DNA of 64,000 nt from a virus (taxonomy: Duplodnaviria; Caudoviricetes). Shown here in pieces: positions 18,536 through 29,332 of the stretch; position 1 is the first letter of the stretch, and every line of letters starts with the position of its first letter. The stretch is from the IMG/VR virus record IMGVR_UViG_3300031867_000002, positions 32,001-96,000 of that record. One strand, given 5' to 3'. The position numbers and the translations under genes were made by a program. Below the pieces are notes generated by a model. The model was not told the origin of the DNA and searched no databases. It was given only the letters and a program-made list of their open reading frames with translations.

Positions 18536-20908
18536 TTATTTTTTGTATACCTTAACTACTTCTCCACCCTTAATCATCTTATTACCAGTACTAATGCTAG
18601 TACCATTAGCAATAGTAACAACTGGGATTTCGATAGCTTCTCCAGTAGGGGCAATTAGGCATACTAGAGTGTCATTATTATTAACACCATAGATTGAAAC
18701 AATATTATCTGTTTTACCTAACTTGATAACATTGCTACCTGCTTTAGAACGACCTTTAATAACAGAATCTGGAATGATTCTATTAATATAACCGTTCTTT
18801 GTTACAATTACAATATCTGAGAATTGTTTATTCATTGCAGACATTCCTTCTACATTAGTAGTTTTAGAAGACATAGATACACATCCTCTAGCATTACGTT
18901 TTAGAATCGGAATATCGTTAATATCAATTCTTAATGCTTTCTTAGAGCCATACACGACAATCTCTGCATTATTACCAAACAATAACAAATCAATTATTCT
19001 ATCGTTATCATCAAGTTTGCAATATACAAGACCAGATGTTGGAACTGCTAAGAAATCTGTTGTAGTCATTCTCTTAATAAAACCTTGTTTAGTAAGAGTT
19101 ACAATAAAGCCTTTCTTGAATTGCTCTAATATAGGCTCATAGATAACTGCAGTAATCTGGCTATTGATATACTTATTAATAAGTCTAATATCAACACCGT
19201 TACTATTCTTATCTGCAAACGGTATTTTAGAGATTGGAATATTATATACTTTACCAAGGTTGTCAAATAATAGAATACTCTTGCTATTATCACCAGTGAT
19301 AACAAATTTGATTACGTCATTCTTAGGTTTAGTAAGAGCTTCAGTTTCTCCAATCTTCTTAATGAAGTTACCTTCTGTTAATACTATTTTGAATATGCCA
19401 GCAGTAACTCCATTAACTTCTGATTCATTAATGAGTCTACATTTTCTAGGCTCACCATATTTTGCCTTGATATCCAATAATTCTTGAATGATGATATTTT
19501 CAATAGCACCATCTTGAAGAATACAATCACGACAATAGTTTGTTTCTTTAGTAAGTTTATCTTGTTCTGCTTTATAACTTGCAAGATATCCTTTACTAAG
19601 TTTCTTAATTTCACAATTGATAAAGAATTTTGCTTGTATATCTGTAATATTACATTTCTTGATAAGAGTCTCAATAATTACAGAATCGTCTGTTGTCTTA
19701 TTAGACTTTATGATTTTAATAATATCATCAGCTTTACCAGATTCAATTGCCCAGATATAAAGCTGAATCATATGAAGTCTAGTCATTTTCTTTTGAAGCG
19801 TATTTTCAAGCAGTCTAAACTTTGTAAGTTTTCTAAAGTCAATCCAAGCCTGAAGATATCCTTTATATGATAATCTTTTTGCTGGATGTTCTTTATCATT
19901 TATATCTAATACTTTGAGATTTACTCTCATTGTTTGCATAAGAGATGTGTTCTTATATAACTCATTACGCACATAGTTCGGGTCTGTTCCTGGTTTAAGA
20001 ATCAATACGAATCTCATATTATTTTCAGAAGATTGTTCTTCCATATCAATAATACCAGTAATCTTATTTTCTTTAACCATATTTTCAAGCTTTTCAATTA
20101 CTGTTTCTAAGAATGTGAGATTAGGACAAGACTTGATGACAAGTGTTTGACAATCTCTATATTTCTTTTCTACTCCATTATAAGGTTCGATATCTACAAT
20201 ACCTCTAACCTTAAAATTACCAAATCCCATTTTTGAAATTGATGCCCAGTCTGTATCAACAATCTCACACGATTGACACATATCTGGAACAAGAACAATA
20301 TTTACTTTTGGATTCTGTATTAACGCTATAGTAGCATCAATAACTTCACAAATGTTATGACTTGGCACATCTACTCTATCACCTACTGCGATACCATTAC
20401 AACCATTCATAAGAAGTAATGGTACTTTACAAGGTAAGAAACTAGGTTCTGGTCTAGAGTTATCGTAGTTTGGTTCCCAATCGATAATCTCTTTACACTT
20501 TACAAGTTCATCAAGAATACATTCTTGTGTAAACTTACTTAAACGTACTTCAGTATAACGTGTTGCAGCTGGAATATTTTGATAAGTGTTCCCAAAGTTA
20601 CCTCTACCATTAAACAATGGAATTTTAGTTTGAAACCAATTTACCATTGTATAGAGTGCTCCTTGAATAGAGGTGTCACCATGAGGATGATATTTCCCCA
20701 TTGTACTACCTACAATGTCTGCAGACTTTCTATTATTGTCTGCTGCATCACAGATAAATCTTGCGGTATAAATAATTCTTCTTTGTACAGGTTTGAGTCC
20801 ATCTCTAAACTCTGGTACTGTACGATGCCGTTCTACATACAGAGCATATTCTCTATAATCATCATGGAATTGCTCCGCTGCCTTCTTTTGAATAATTTTT
20901 TCAGCCAT
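18536..20908 (-). CDS. gyrA: Type IIA topoisomerase subunit A (GyrA/ParC-like)
   Basis: DGLKPVQRRI, YHPHGD, catalytic AATRYTE and C-terminal beta-pinwheel repeats. Confidence 0.93.
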   Translation of the reverse strand: MAEKIIQKKAAEQFHDDYREYALYVERHRTVPEFRDGLKPVQRRIIYTARFICDAADNNRKSADIVGSTMGKYHPHGDTSIQGALYTMVNWFQTKIPLFNGRGNFGNTYQNIPAATRYTEVRLSKFTQECILDELVKCKEIIDWEPNYDNSRPEPSFLPCKVPLLLMNGCNGIAVGDRVDVPSHNICEVIDATIALIQNPKVNIVLVPDMCQSCEIVDTDWASISKMGFGNFKVRGIVDIEPYNGVEKKYRDCQTLVIKSCPNLTFLETVIEKLENMVKENKITGIIDMEEQSSENNMRFVLILKPGTDPNYVRNELYKNTSLMQTMRVNLKVLDINDKEHPAKRLSYKGYLQAWIDFRKLTKFRLLENTLQKKMTRLHMIQLYIWAIESGKADDIIKIIKSNKTTDDSVIIETLIKKCNITDIQAKFFINCEIKKLSKGYLASYKAEQDKLTKETNYCRDCILQDGAIENIIIQELLDIKAKYGEPRKCRLINESEVNGVTAGIFKIVLTEGNFIKKIGETEALTKPKNDVIKFVITGDNSKSILLFDNLGKVYNIPISKIPFADKNSNGVDIRLINKYINSQITAVIYEPILEQFKKGFIVTLTKQGFIKRMTTTDFLAVPTSGLVYCKLDDNDRIIDLLLFGNNAEIVVYGSKKALRIDINDIPILKRNARGCVSMSSKTTNVEGMSAMNKQFSDIVIVTKNGYINRIIPDSVIKGRSKAGSNVIKLGKTDNIVSIYGVNNNDTLVCLIAPTGEAIEIPVVTIANGTSISTGNKMIKGGEVVKVYKK

Positions 20909-21051
20909 TGTGCATGACCTCCTTTTAAAATATTATTAAGCTGTTGTTACTCAGCTTATTCGTAATTATAATATATAATGAGAACAAAGTTTTCCTCACT
21001 AGGGCAAAGCCTAGTGAGGAAACACAACAGAATGGAGGTAAAAAGTAATGA

Positions 21052-21561
21052 TTATTTGTCTACGTCTACATTAATTGGTTCATCAATAACATCTTCAGTC
21101 TCTTCTTTATCAGAAAAAGCTTCAGCGATGTCTTTGAAGTGTTCATCAATAGATTCAAATCTATCTGTAATACTAAGTTCTGTAATATATGTGACTTCAC
21201 CAGTTCCCATATCTTTATAACATCTGATATTCATAACACTCTTATCAGTGATAGCTTCAGAGTTTTCTTTTGTCATAGAAACAGTGAATGTATTGTCATT
21301 GTTAAACTTAGATACGCTACCAATAACTACACTACCCTTAGCTGTCTTATCTCCGAGAAGCTCAGCTCTAGACATCTTTACAGGTACAGAAATCTTGTCC
21401 CAAGAAATCTGTGCAAGAAGATTATAGAGAGAATCAAGTGTTTCAGCATAGAAATCTGTATACGCAATCGGAATCTGAACTTTAACGTATGTAGGTTTCT
21501 TTCTGTAAACCTTCTTAGTGGAATCCTTCTTGTCGAACTTTTTGTTGTTGTAATTAGCCAT
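21052..21561 (-). CDS. Hypothetical protein between the topoisomerase subunits
   Basis: AAGGAG RBS, basic N-terminus, acidic C-terminus. Confidence 0.75.
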   Translation of the reverse strand: MANYNNKKFDKKDSTKKVYRKKPTYVKVQIPIAYTDFYAETLDSLYNLLAQISWDKISVPVKMSRAELLGDKTAKGSVVIGSVSKFNNDNTFTVSMTKENSEAITDKSVMNIRCYKDMGTGEVTYITELSITDRFESIDEHFKDIAEAFSDKEETEDVIDEPINVDVDK

Positions 21562-21676
21562 GATAAATTACTCCTTTTTTATAAATTATATTTTTAGGTT
21601 TAGTACTTCTAAACCATTTACATTTAAGTTAGTATGTTAGTAAAAAATAACGGGTCTATATCAGACCCGTTATAAA

Positions 21677-23977
21677 TTAATCTTTGAGAAGAAGGTCTTT
21701 GTTGGAATTGATATATCGCATTTCCTCAAGTTCTTTCTCAAAGTTTTCAAAAGTATACTGTACCAACAGTCTATCTCCATCGGGTCTAAGTGTGCTAGGT
21801 CCAAGCATTGCTGGGTCCATTTCACCAAGACCTTTAAATCTATCTAACTTAGGAGGCATGAATCTATTAAACTCATGCATTACTGTATACAGTGATACTG
21901 CTTGACCATTAAGAATATATTCATTATCAGAGTTATCAATATAAGGAATTATATCTTTACATTCAGCAAATAAACGTTCTGTAACGAATACTTCATGATA
22001 CTTTTCATTTGCTACTCCTTTAATGATAACTATATTTCCATTTTGTTCAAGCTCTAAGAATCTGAATTTCTTCTTGATTGTAGATTTGAATTTAGTAAAT
22101 GGAAGTTTTCTATTAACAAGAATCTCTTCTAACAGATAAGAGTCAATTGCATATGTGTTAGCAATCTTATCGAGTTCTGCTACATAATCTGCATTATTAT
22201 AGAGAAGTCTTGTTACTTCTTTAGGACTTAAGTCTTTATTCTTAATAGTCTTAATAATATAAGCTTTACTAAACTCTTTCTGAATAAACTTAACAAAGTC
22301 AAGTTTATCTGTAAAGAATCTATAACCTTTCTTTTCTGGAATACCATATAATGGTGGTAATGCTGCATATACTCTACCAGCCATTACAAGTGGTTTACAA
22401 TACATTGCAAGGAATCTAAGGACAAGTGTTCTAATATGAGCACCATCAGGGTCTGCATCAGCCATGATAATTACTCTATCTACTTTACACTTATCTAAAT
22501 CAAAATTTCTACCATATCCTCCTCCAATGATTGTTAGAATACCAGCAATCTCTGCATTGGCTAGCACATCTGCACGAGACTTTTCAAACACGTTAGGTAT
22601 TTTACCTCTAATAGGAAATATACCTTGTATAGCTTGGTCTCGTACATTTCTTGCACTACCGAACGCAGAATCGCCCTCAACTATTACGAGTTCACAGTTA
22701 CGTCTACCATTTGGCTTCAAGTATTTAGCTGGAAGCCCAGATATAGAGCTAGCTTCAAACTTCGTAGATAGCTTGACCTTCTCTTTGTCTTGTCTCATTC
22801 TAATTTCAATTATTTCTTTAAAGTATTTACATAACTTCTGTAAATCATTAGCATGAGTTTTAGACCACTCATTCAATCCATTAATAACAGATTGAGAGCA
22901 GAAGGGTTTCATATCAGGATTTGCTAATGTTTCTTTAGCTTGACCATTATAAGATGCGTTAAGATGACAGCTACAAACTGCAAGCTTAAGACCTTGTCTT
23001 ATATCATTAACTGTACAAGTAAGTTTACTCTTAGTATTAGCTAAGAAAATCTTATTCATATAGTCCCTGAAGAATCTAGTTATCCCATCAATACAACCAT
23101 CAATATGAGTACCACCGTCTGTTGGACAAGTGTTATTTAATCCAATTATAGCTTCTTCACCATTTTCAACGCTAGTATCATAGGTAAATGCAGCTTGTAA
23201 TCTATGCTCGCCATCATCATTGAATATTAATACAGGTTCGATAAAAGGTCTTGTTGTCATATTGATAAGATATGTCATAATACCGTCACGATTCTCAATT
23301 GTTTCGATATGCTTCTTACCAGTCTTATCAATACCAGTATATTCTACATGAGTTCCTAATGCAGCTGATGGTGTTATAATAGCTAATAAATCATATACAT
23401 CTTTCCAAGTAGTAACAACTTCTCCAATTACAGATTCATTTGGAATGAAAGTAATTAAAGTACCTTGTGCATCACTAGGACATTTAATATTAACTTCACC
23501 TTTTTTCCAAAGATGCCCTTCAATGAATTCAGCATGAACTGCCTTTCCAACTACATAGCTGTCTACTGTAAATAATGATGATAAAGCACATGTTACAGAT
23601 GCACCACAACCATTTTTACCAGCAGAATAGTTATATGGTTGTTTCTTATAATTAGAACTTGTATGAGATGAACCGAAGATAATTCCAATCTTACCGTGAG
23701 GAACGCCTCTACCATTATCTAATACTGTAATCTGATGATTTCTTTCATCATAGGTTACAAATATATTTGGAGAAAAGGCATTGCCTTTGAGAATCTCATC
23801 TACAGAGTTTTGGAATATTTCTCTTGTCATTGTAAGAAAAGCTTTAGACCCAAATACTTTACCAATATACATATCTGGTGTCTGTCTTACCTGCTCAACG
23901 AAATCAGATAATTGAACTATTTCGTTACCATAATTTTTGGCTCTTTCTTCAAGAGAAGTTTCTTGTTTCTTTGACAT
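21677..23977 (-). CDS. gyrB: Type IIA topoisomerase subunit B (GyrB/ParE-like)
   Basis: GHKL motifs EIFQNSVDE and DNGRG, GGTH, TOPRIM VEGDSA, PIRGK, DADPDG and RFKGLGEM; start reassigned to MSKKQ (AGGAGG RBS). Confidence 0.93.
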   Translation of the reverse strand: MSKKQETSLEERAKNYGNEIVQLSDFVEQVRQTPDMYIGKVFGSKAFLTMTREIFQNSVDEILKGNAFSPNIFVTYDERNHQITVLDNGRGVPHGKIGIIFGSSHTSSNYKKQPYNYSAGKNGCGASVTCALSSLFTVDSYVVGKAVHAEFIEGHLWKKGEVNIKCPSDAQGTLITFIPNESVIGEVVTTWKDVYDLLAIITPSAALGTHVEYTGIDKTGKKHIETIENRDGIMTYLINMTTRPFIEPVLIFNDDGEHRLQAAFTYDTSVENGEEAIIGLNNTCPTDGGTHIDGCIDGITRFFRDYMNKIFLANTKSKLTCTVNDIRQGLKLAVCSCHLNASYNGQAKETLANPDMKPFCSQSVINGLNEWSKTHANDLQKLCKYFKEIIEIRMRQDKEKVKLSTKFEASSISGLPAKYLKPNGRRNCELVIVEGDSAFGSARNVRDQAIQGIFPIRGKIPNVFEKSRADVLANAEIAGILTIIGGGYGRNFDLDKCKVDRVIIMADADPDGAHIRTLVLRFLAMYCKPLVMAGRVYAALPPLYGIPEKKGYRFFTDKLDFVKFIQKEFSKAYIIKTIKNKDLSPKEVTRLLYNNADYVAELDKIANTYAIDSYLLEEILVNRKLPFTKFKSTIKKKFRFLELEQNGNIVIIKGVANEKYHEVFVTERLFAECKDIIPYIDNSDNEYILNGQAVSLYTVMHEFNRFMPPKLDRFKGLGEMDPAMLGPSTLRPDGDRLLVQYTFENFEKELEEMRYINSNKDLLLKD

Positions 23978-24078
23978 AATATACCTCCTAAAAAAGAGAA
24001 TCGTATTTAAACGACTCTCTATTTTTAAAGGAAATGTACACTCGACATAAGCCGAGTGCACATCCTTTAATTATTAAA

Positions 24079-25044
24079 TTAGAACGGTGCTGCAGTAGTT
24101 GTTGCTGTATTAGCTGCAGGATTATTAACAGGCTGTCCAATCGGAGGATTGAATGTTGTACCCTGCTGAGTCTGCTGCTGTTGATTGTTAGGAGTTCCAG
24201 GGAACGGTACACTAGGAGTGTTGTTCATCTGAGGAACAGCTTGAGGCTGACCACCCTGTACAAATGGATTACCACCCATCATTGTACCACCAGTAGGCTG
24301 AGTAGGAACACCCATCTGATTTGCAGCTTGAAGAATATATGCTGCCTGCTGAATTGTGCTAGGGTCAAACATATTCTGTTGCATCATAGGTTGAGCACCA
24401 TTATAATTAGGAACAAATCCCATATTAGGTGCAGAACTAGAATCATTTACAAAGTAATTTGGTGCTTGACCGTACTGACCAGCAAACATCATTCCGTTCT
24501 GTCCGAAATTACCCTGATAACCAACAGCACCAACTTGCTGTCTGCACTGAGCAATAACGTTATTATAGTTTTTACGTCCATTAGCATATGCTGTAGGAAG
24601 GAGCTTAAATAAAACACCTGCAGCAATATAAATCTGCTTTGATACATCTTTATCGAGAGATGTATTAAGCAATTTTGTTGTATCAACAATATTCTTGAGC
24701 ATATCAAGAACTTCTGCTACAACTGCGTCTTCTACTAAGACTACGTTAAATTCTTCATTTGTCCACTTAGCTCTAACTCTGTCTGTCGCAGTGTCAATAA
24801 GTTCGAGACAAAGCAGTGTTCCATCACGGAAATCCCAACCTGCGATTGCCTGGTCGTCTAAGTCAAACTTGAAATTTGTACCACCCATAGATTTAATTTT
24901 CTGAAGTTCTTCCTGGGTGGAAGATGTGGATTTAGCAGGAGCTACGTTATTGAAAGCCAGACCACTCTGAACTCCAAATCCGTTAGGGTTCACCTGCTGT
25001 CCAAAATAAGAATTACTAAAGCCGTTGAATGCATTGTTCATCAT
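24079..25044 (-). CDS. Q/N/G/P-rich low-complexity protein
   Basis: AAGGAGG RBS, early promoter variant at 25113, low-complexity termini around a folded core. Confidence 0.8.
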   Translation of the reverse strand: MMNNAFNGFSNSYFGQQVNPNGFGVQSGLAFNNVAPAKSTSSTQEELQKIKSMGGTNFKFDLDDQAIAGWDFRDGTLLCLELIDTATDRVRAKWTNEEFNVVLVEDAVVAEVLDMLKNIVDTTKLLNTSLDKDVSKQIYIAAGVLFKLLPTAYANGRKNYNNVIAQCRQQVGAVGYQGNFGQNGMMFAGQYGQAPNYFVNDSSSAPNMGFVPNYNGAQPMMQQNMFDPSTIQQAAYILQAANQMGVPTQPTGGTMMGGNPFVQGGQPQAVPQMNNTPSVPFPGTPNNQQQQTQQGTTFNPPIGQPVNNPAANTATTTAAPF

Positions 25045-25157
25045 AACAATGACCTCCTTATAATTAATAATTTTTATAGAATAGAGAATGGCTAGTTCTC
25101 TGATTCACATGAATGATATATAACCATTTACATTTTTGTTAAGGTGAATGTAAATGA

Positions 25158-25637
25158 TTAAAGAAATTTAGTAGCGTTCTTGTCTACGATTTCGTCATCG
25201 GGACGTAAACCACGCTTCTCAGTTGTAGGACTTGGCTGACCCATGAAATAAGTATGCTCATCAAATAGGTCGGTCATATTCTGGAAGTATCTCTTACGAG
25301 TTTCTTCATTAGTCATACCATTAGAAACCTTGTCTTTAAAGAAGTTATCTAGACTTAATCTATCTACTGCAACTTCCATAAAAGTAATAGCTTCGTAATT
25401 TAGTGTAATAATACACATTGGATATAATCTAGAATCTGTAGTTTGTGTTTGAATAGAATTTCCACAAACAATATATAGAATCTCAGCATCATCATCCCAT
25501 AGGAAACATGCTGTAGATTCATCCCACATATAATTTGTCGTAGGACCCATTACTCTAATAGGTAGATTCATTTCTCTATCCGAACCTGGTAAGTGATGGA
25601 ATTCCTTACGAAGTTTGATTACTTGTTCTTTTGTCAT
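25158..25637 (-). CDS. Hypothetical protein
   Basis: AAGGAGG RBS before ATG 25637; late promoter variant upstream. Confidence 0.75.
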   Translation of the reverse strand: MTKEQVIKLRKEFHHLPGSDREMNLPIRVMGPTTNYMWDESTACFLWDDDAEILYIVCGNSIQTQTTDSRLYPMCIITLNYEAITFMEVAVDRLSLDNFFKDKVSNGMTNEETRKRYFQNMTDLFDEHTYFMGQPSPTTEKRGLRPDDEIVDKNATKFL

Positions 25638-25687
25638 AGTAAGCAACCTCCTTATAACTAATTATAAGAAAGTTGCTTACTTATCTT

Positions 25688-26149
25688 TTAGATAAATCTA
25701 TTAGGACAAATTAGATTCTTAAATTTCTGATTTGATGCTAATAGATATAAATTAATCATACATGTCGGGTCATGAGTCATTCTATACATTTCGAGATATT
25801 GTCTAGCAGTATCATAGAAAACATAGCAGTTATAAACATTTTCCCATACTACATTATTTATAGCATTATCTCCACCATTAAAGAATGCTGTCTGAGTGTT
25901 TCTATACTCATCCATGCATCTTACAATATATCCAAGATTGCCGCATCTAATTTTACAAAATTCGATTAGAGCATTTTGAATAGGTTCTGATACAAGATAC
26001 CACTTATCTTCATTTGACGAGAGATTACCGTAAGAAATATCGCTAAAGATATTCTCCGCCATTTTAATAAGTTCATCAGGTTTTACTTCATTAACCCAAT
26101 TTGTACCACGCTCACGTTTTTTGCGAGCAAATATAGATTCTCTTGCCAT
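25688..26149 (-). CDS. Hypothetical protein
   Basis: GAGGAGG RBS, in operon. Confidence 0.75.
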   Translation of the reverse strand: MARESIFARKKRERGTNWVNEVKPDELIKMAENIFSDISYGNLSSNEDKWYLVSEPIQNALIEFCKIRCGNLGYIVRCMDEYRNTQTAFFNGGDNAINNVVWENVYNCYVFYDTARQYLEMYRMTHDPTCMINLYLLASNQKFKNLICPNRFI

Positions 26150-26151
26150 AA

Positions 26152-26655
26152 TTATTCCTCCTCGTTCATGAGTGTTCCTGCATTACCACCGAATCCAGTA
26201 GCAGTTTTTTCAGATTTTTTTACAGCATTATTAATATCATAAGGCTGAGCATTATGATATGCTATAAACTCTTCACTAATAGCTTCATCAGGATAAGCCT
26301 GATCGCATAGAGTCAAAAAGCGATAAAGTGATACACTCTTTGCTACATCTACACCTTCTACCATTACAATGGATTCTCTAAGACTAGTACCTCCTTCTCC
26401 ATCGTTTAAGAGATATTCTTTGATTTTATCAAAGATATTCTTTCTTCCGACGGCGATTAATACTTCGCCGTCAATTTCAATGTCTTGTTCTCCAGATGCT
26501 TGACTGTACATATAAAACATTTCGTTTTTCATGATAGCATAGTACAGTTTATCATCTACTGATTTAAGATTGGATGGAACAACTCCAGTTTTTGCAATTT
26601 CCATCACTTGTTCCTGAGTGATGTCTCCATTAATTTTCTGAAATAATCCAGACAT
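26152..26655 (-). CDS. Hypothetical protein
   Basis: AGGAGG RBS; early motif at 26717. Confidence 0.75.
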   Translation of the reverse strand: MSGLFQKINGDITQEQVMEIAKTGVVPSNLKSVDDKLYYAIMKNEMFYMYSQASGEQDIEIDGEVLIAVGRKNIFDKIKEYLLNDGEGGTSLRESIVMVEGVDVAKSVSLYRFLTLCDQAYPDEAISEEFIAYHNAQPYDINNAVKKSEKTATGFGGNAGTLMNEEE

Positions 26656-26739
26656 TTTAATTACCTCCTACGGTATTTTATAATATAGTGTGACAAACCA
26701 TTGGTTCATCACATTAATAATATACAGATATAACCTATT

Positions 26740-27960
26740 TTAATAATACTTTCTAGGTCTAGGCTTTACATATATACAATGAAATCTAAATCTTGTTATA
26801 CCAACATAGTTAAGATTTCTATTGATATTCTTATTAAGATATTCTTCTATATAAATACCTTGGTCGAATTCGGCACCTTGAGACATATGTGTGGTAATAG
26901 CATAACCGTATTCAAATTTATTACCTTTAGAGAATCTTGTAGTCATGATAGAATCTCTAATAGCTTTATCGCCGTTAAGATATCTATAATCTACATCTAT
27001 GTCATGAAAGTAATCTGAATTATTGATAAGGTCTGGTTTGAAATCAAGTTTAAATGTCTTATCTATTCTATCAAATACAGACATATCTGGTCTAGATATA
27101 CAACTTCCTAACAATCCATTAGTTAAATTAATACCTCCAGCTTCAACATGCCAATTATTCTTTCTACAAACAAGTCTTTCCCCATAATTAGGAAACTCTC
27201 CATGGAATCCTAACATGTCATGTCTTATGTGATTAATAAACTTATCACGAGTTATATTCTTACCACATATTACTATTCTTGAATTAGCAATCATTTCATC
27301 GGTTAACTGGTCTTCATATATTACATCTACGTTCTTATAACTACCTATAGGAATTTCTCTTCCTTGTATAGCTAATTGAGAGAATGTAATAATAGTATTT
27401 CCCTCAGCTTGTCTCATAATCTCTGTTAAGAAGTGAATAGTATTAGGATTTGTAAGATATCCAGGATTACCAGCAATAGGAGGTAATTGGTCTATATCTC
27501 CCATTGCTATAACTGGTATTCCCATACTATCAATAACTTTTCTCATATCTTCAGGAACCATACCTGCTTCGTCTACAATAATAAGGTCTACGCCTATTAA
27601 TGCTTTCTTAGGCACAAATTCAAGTCTTGTTTTAACTTTATTGAATACTGGGTCTACAATAGGCAACCCATTAATACCAAACATAGGCTTCTCTTCAAAG
27701 TCGTATAACCAAGAAAAAATAGTACTAGCATTTGTCATTCCTTTTGTTCTCATATTAATAGCTGCAGAACCAGTATATGCCATTGGAGCTATTCTACTTC
27801 TATCGATATGAAGAGTGTCAATAATATGATTGACAATCCATGTTTTACCACTTCCAGGTGGTCCAGAAATTTCGAATGTCTGATAATTCCTATGACGCCA
27901 CCATTGGATGGCGTCAAATACAAGTTGGTTTTGTCCGTTGTTCAGCGTTGCATCATTCAT
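26740..27960 (-). CDS. SF1B helicase (Dda/RecD2-like)
   Basis: GPPGSGKT, AYTGSAA, IVDEAGM, GDIDQLPP, EIMRQ, YAITTHMSQG and YVGITR. Confidence 0.9.
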   Translation of the reverse strand: MNDATLNNGQNQLVFDAIQWWRHRNYQTFEISGPPGSGKTWIVNHIIDTLHIDRSRIAPMAYTGSAAINMRTKGMTNASTIFSWLYDFEEKPMFGINGLPIVDPVFNKVKTRLEFVPKKALIGVDLIIVDEAGMVPEDMRKVIDSMGIPVIAMGDIDQLPPIAGNPGYLTNPNTIHFLTEIMRQAEGNTIITFSQLAIQGREIPIGSYKNVDVIYEDQLTDEMIANSRIVICGKNITRDKFINHIRHDMLGFHGEFPNYGERLVCRKNNWHVEAGGINLTNGLLGSCISRPDMSVFDRIDKTFKLDFKPDLINNSDYFHDIDVDYRYLNGDKAIRDSIMTTRFSKGNKFEYGYAITTHMSQGAEFDQGIYIEEYLNKNINRNLNYVGITRFRFHCIYVKPRPRKYY

Positions 27961-28469
27961 TACTTTAATACCCCCGATGTTCTTATAAAAGTGATTGCTT
28001 GGTCGAGATAATAAAAATCCTTATAAGGATACTGACATCTTTCCATTTTGTAAATAAGGTCAATCCAACTAGTTGTCTCATTTACAAAACTATTGGATGT
28101 AATATCTCCTCTATTAGTTCTACAAACAGCAAATGATTCATTTGGGCGAATGAGTTCAGCTGTAAGGAAAAATGATGAGATTTCTAATCCAGGATTTTCT
28201 CTCATATAGATATACACGTATCTTTGAAATAGAAAGTTACAGAGCTTTCTATTAAAGAACGGGTCGAATTTAATGATATTATAATCATTAAATGCTGTCT
28301 TAGGATAACAGATAGGTTTATTATCCAATTGTACGAGTGTTCTACTGTCTTGTTCTGTACAGATGTTATTGTTTACTCCGAGTTCGAGTTTAAAGATTAA
28401 ATCATACTCGATTTCATCAATCATCTGTAATGCATTTGTTAAATCAAACTGTTCTTTTTTCTTAGCCAT
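27960..28469 (-). CDS. Hypothetical protein
   Basis: AAAGGAG RBS before MAKKKE. Confidence 0.72.
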   Translation of the reverse strand: MAKKKEQFDLTNALQMIDEIEYDLIFKLELGVNNNICTEQDSRTLVQLDNKPICYPKTAFNDYNIIKFDPFFNRKLCNFLFQRYVYIYMRENPGLEISSFFLTAELIRPNESFAVCRTNRGDITSNSFVNETTSWIDLIYKMERCQYPYKDFYYLDQAITFIRTSGVLK

Positions 28470-28551
28470 AATATCGGCTCCTTTACATTTATTTGTCACA
28501 AGTTGAACCTTGTAACACTTTTATAATATACAAATTGAGGGAGGTTTGAGT

Positions 28552-28920
28552 ATGTATAAGGACTACTCCAATTATAATTTTGTTCACGAAGCCATATTAT
28601 ATGAAACCATAGACAAATATGAGGAACAAGGTATCAAACATCCTTTTTATATAAAGGCATTAGTACCACTTGAAAAAGAAGCAGGACAAACCATTAATAT
28701 TAACAAGTCTAATGTTTATAATAAAGACTTATCATGGCTATCTACTTATACAATGACTAGCGAGATTACAATAGATTTGTATCTACCTAAATATCTTATG
28801 ATGGATTACCCTAAGAAATACATACCTAAAGGAACTAAATTTTTGGTAGCATTTGTTGGCGGTAATCTAAATAATTGTCAAATTATCGGGAGGTGTTACG
28901 ATGAGTACGAAAATGAGTAG
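28552..28920 (+). CDS. Hypothetical late protein, possibly baseplate-associated
   Basis: Late promoter at 28514, GGGAGG RBS, adjacent to the gp53-like gene. Confidence 0.65.
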   Translation: MYKDYSNYNFVHEAILYETIDKYEEQGIKHPFYIKALVPLEKEAGQTININKSNVYNKDLSWLSTYTMTSEITIDLYLPKYLMMDYPKKYIPKGTKFLVAFVGGNLNNCQIIGRCYDEYENE

Positions 28921-29332
28921 TACATTTACTCTAGACCAATTTGCTGACAGTAAATCTTCTAATACAATTTCATATTATAGTATGAGCTTATTAGAAAAAG
29001 ACCCTCAGAATAATATAGAGTATGATGTATTTAATGTAGTATCAGATTATATGAATGAACTAAAAGCTATGGCAAAGGAAGTAACTCTATCTGAATCAGA
29101 GTACTATACGTACAGGTTTAAACCAAAGCTATTAGCAAATTATCTATACGGAAATTGTGAACTTTACTTTATCATTCTTTGGTTAAATGATATGTGGTCT
29201 GTAAAAGACTTTAATCTTAGAACTATTAAACTTATTAAGAATAGTGAACTCGCACAAGCCTTGAGTTCTATAAATGCATCCGAGAGGTCATTTATCAAGG
29301 CTTATAACGAATCCGCACTTGCTAGTTATTAA
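28901..29332 (+). CDS. Baseplate wedge protein (T4 gp53/LysM-like)
   Basis: YRFKPKLLANYLYGNCELYFIILWLND matches the P..LA..LYG...L..IL..N pattern. Confidence 0.65.
   Translation: MSTKMSSTFTLDQFADSKSSNTISYYSMSLLEKDPQNNIEYDVFNVVSDYMNELKAMAKEVTLSESEYYTYRFKPKLLANYLYGNCELYFIILWLNDMWSVKDFNLRTIKLIKNSELAQALSSINASERSFIKAYNESALASY

Noticed and set aside
23978-24061. N-terminal extension of GyrB in the ORF track
   Set aside because: It overlaps the upstream terminator. The AGGAGG RBS supports the start at 23977.
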